A stretch of DNA of 63,076 nucleotides, the filler included, from Rhabdomonas costata (taxonomy: Eukaryota): assembly GCA_019059605.1 (NCBI GenBank). It is 43 parts of 43 records of this genome, joined end to end, with 100 filler letters (N's around TTAATTAATTAA, not from the genome) between each part and the next. Parts side by side here need not be neighbours in the genome. Positions count along the whole stretch, not along the records: positions 61,712 to 63,076 come from JAHMHO010018015.1; 42 more parts are not named here. The stretch is one strand, 5' to 3'. This document shows, in pieces, positions 62,000-63,076 of this stretch (position 1 is its first letter; each line of letters opens with the position of its first letter). The notes beneath the pieces were generated by a model. That model worked only from the letters and a program-made list of their open reading frames with translations. It was not told the origin of the DNA and did not search any database. Position numbers and translations under genes: made by a program.

Positions 62000-63076
62000 T
62001 TCTGCCTGAGATAGGGCTCCCTTTTTTCTCCCTTTGTCTTTTGCCTCAGCTGAAGGCTCTGACCGCTGCAAGTGGGCGACCGAGGAGAGTGACGGGTGGA
62101 GAAGGAAGGGCCGTGCAAAAATGCTTGGCAAAAAGTAGTCAAGGGCTGCAGAAGATCTGAAAGGGAAAAAGTCAACACGCTCGAATTGCAAAAAAAAGGG
62201 GGGGGGGGCAAAATGCAAAAAAGCTCCCGATGCAGTTGACGTTCAGGGGCCTGGGTAGCCTTGCTCCTTGCTCCTTGCTCTTGGAGGTACAGTACTATCC
62301 ACCTTTTCCGCCCAATACAAAATGCGATGGGACTCGTAGGATGGGTAATTGGAGACAACACCGTAAAGCAGCTCATTTAGCAACTCATATAAGCAGCCGC
62401 AGTTCCGAAGCCAAGGTTAGTACCCATGTAGAGCGTTCATGAGAGGTGTGGACCTCGGCACCAAGGCTAAGAACCTTATTCGACCACACCAGGTGAAAGC
62501 GGTTAGTTATATTTTCCTCACTTAATTCCATCAAAGCTCGCGCATCAAGCAAAGGATGGGGTGCGACCAGCCAAAACGAGTTGTTGTTGCAAGGACATAT
62601 GCAGAAGCCCCCACGTTCCCTTTAGAAGCAGCGGGGTTAATGACGCACAAATTCAGATGAGGTTTGCCGAGAAAACGAGTCACCATTGAATCCAGAGGAG
62701 AACACTTTACCACCATACCCGCTCGGAATATTATGCCTGAAGCGCAATACATGGTGAAGTTGCTTCCGATGCCCGCGCATCTTTACTTTGTTTCGTTTAC
62801 TTTGAAACGCCGCATCGCCATCACAAACACTTTCCCCAGATGCACAGCAAACGATGAACAGCGTCGCACGTCAGCCCAAAAAAAAGGCCGCTTTTGCACG
62901 GCCAAGCCACAAAAACCACCAATACAAAATGCACACGCACACGGACAAGAAGCACGACTGGCCGCACAACAGGCAACCCGCAGACGTGCACGCCACACAC
63001 ACATACCTCTGCATAAACCCATTCTCAAGTACGACGTACAGCGGACGCACTTTTGTATTGACAAGGAACAAACACA

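Noticed and set aside
1..63076. rRNA, tRNA, SL-RNA or snRNA genes
   Set aside because: None was recognised by eye. An Infernal/tRNAscan search would be needed to exclude them.

Overview
This window is not a contiguous locus. It is 43 unrelated contigs of about 1.37 kb each, joined by 42 artificial 100-nt spacers (44 N + TTAATTAATTAA + 44 N), so adjacency between contigs means nothing. Many contigs start with G/T-only sequence and end with C/A-only sequence, and six carry terminal fold-back inverted repeats, which points to a whole-genome-amplified (probably single-cell) library. Most contigs come from an intron-rich flagellated eukaryote, probably a euglenozoan (inference). Recognisable fragments are an SLC35A nucleotide-sugar transporter, ZNFX1, an outer-arm dynein heavy chain, a FkbM-like methyltransferase, TRM13, MscS, a PHO84/Pht1 phosphate transporter, a MORN-repeat protein, hemerythrin, a euglenozoan-type receptor cyclase ectodomain, a LamG-like protein, HET-E-like WD40 repeats, an IQ-motif protein, a probable UGPase N-terminus, a GEX1/KAR5-like protein and CKS1. 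There are also decayed retroelement remnants, a probable MITE and one very AT-rich LRR-like contig of foreign composition. The best leads are the degenerate splice donors with two GC-AG introns, the candidate karyogamy gene, the one-exon-per-repeat MORN gene, a possible pseudo-cyclase and two immunity-type genes. No multi-gene novel system can be demonstrated from these fragments. All family calls rest on motif recognition, not database searches.
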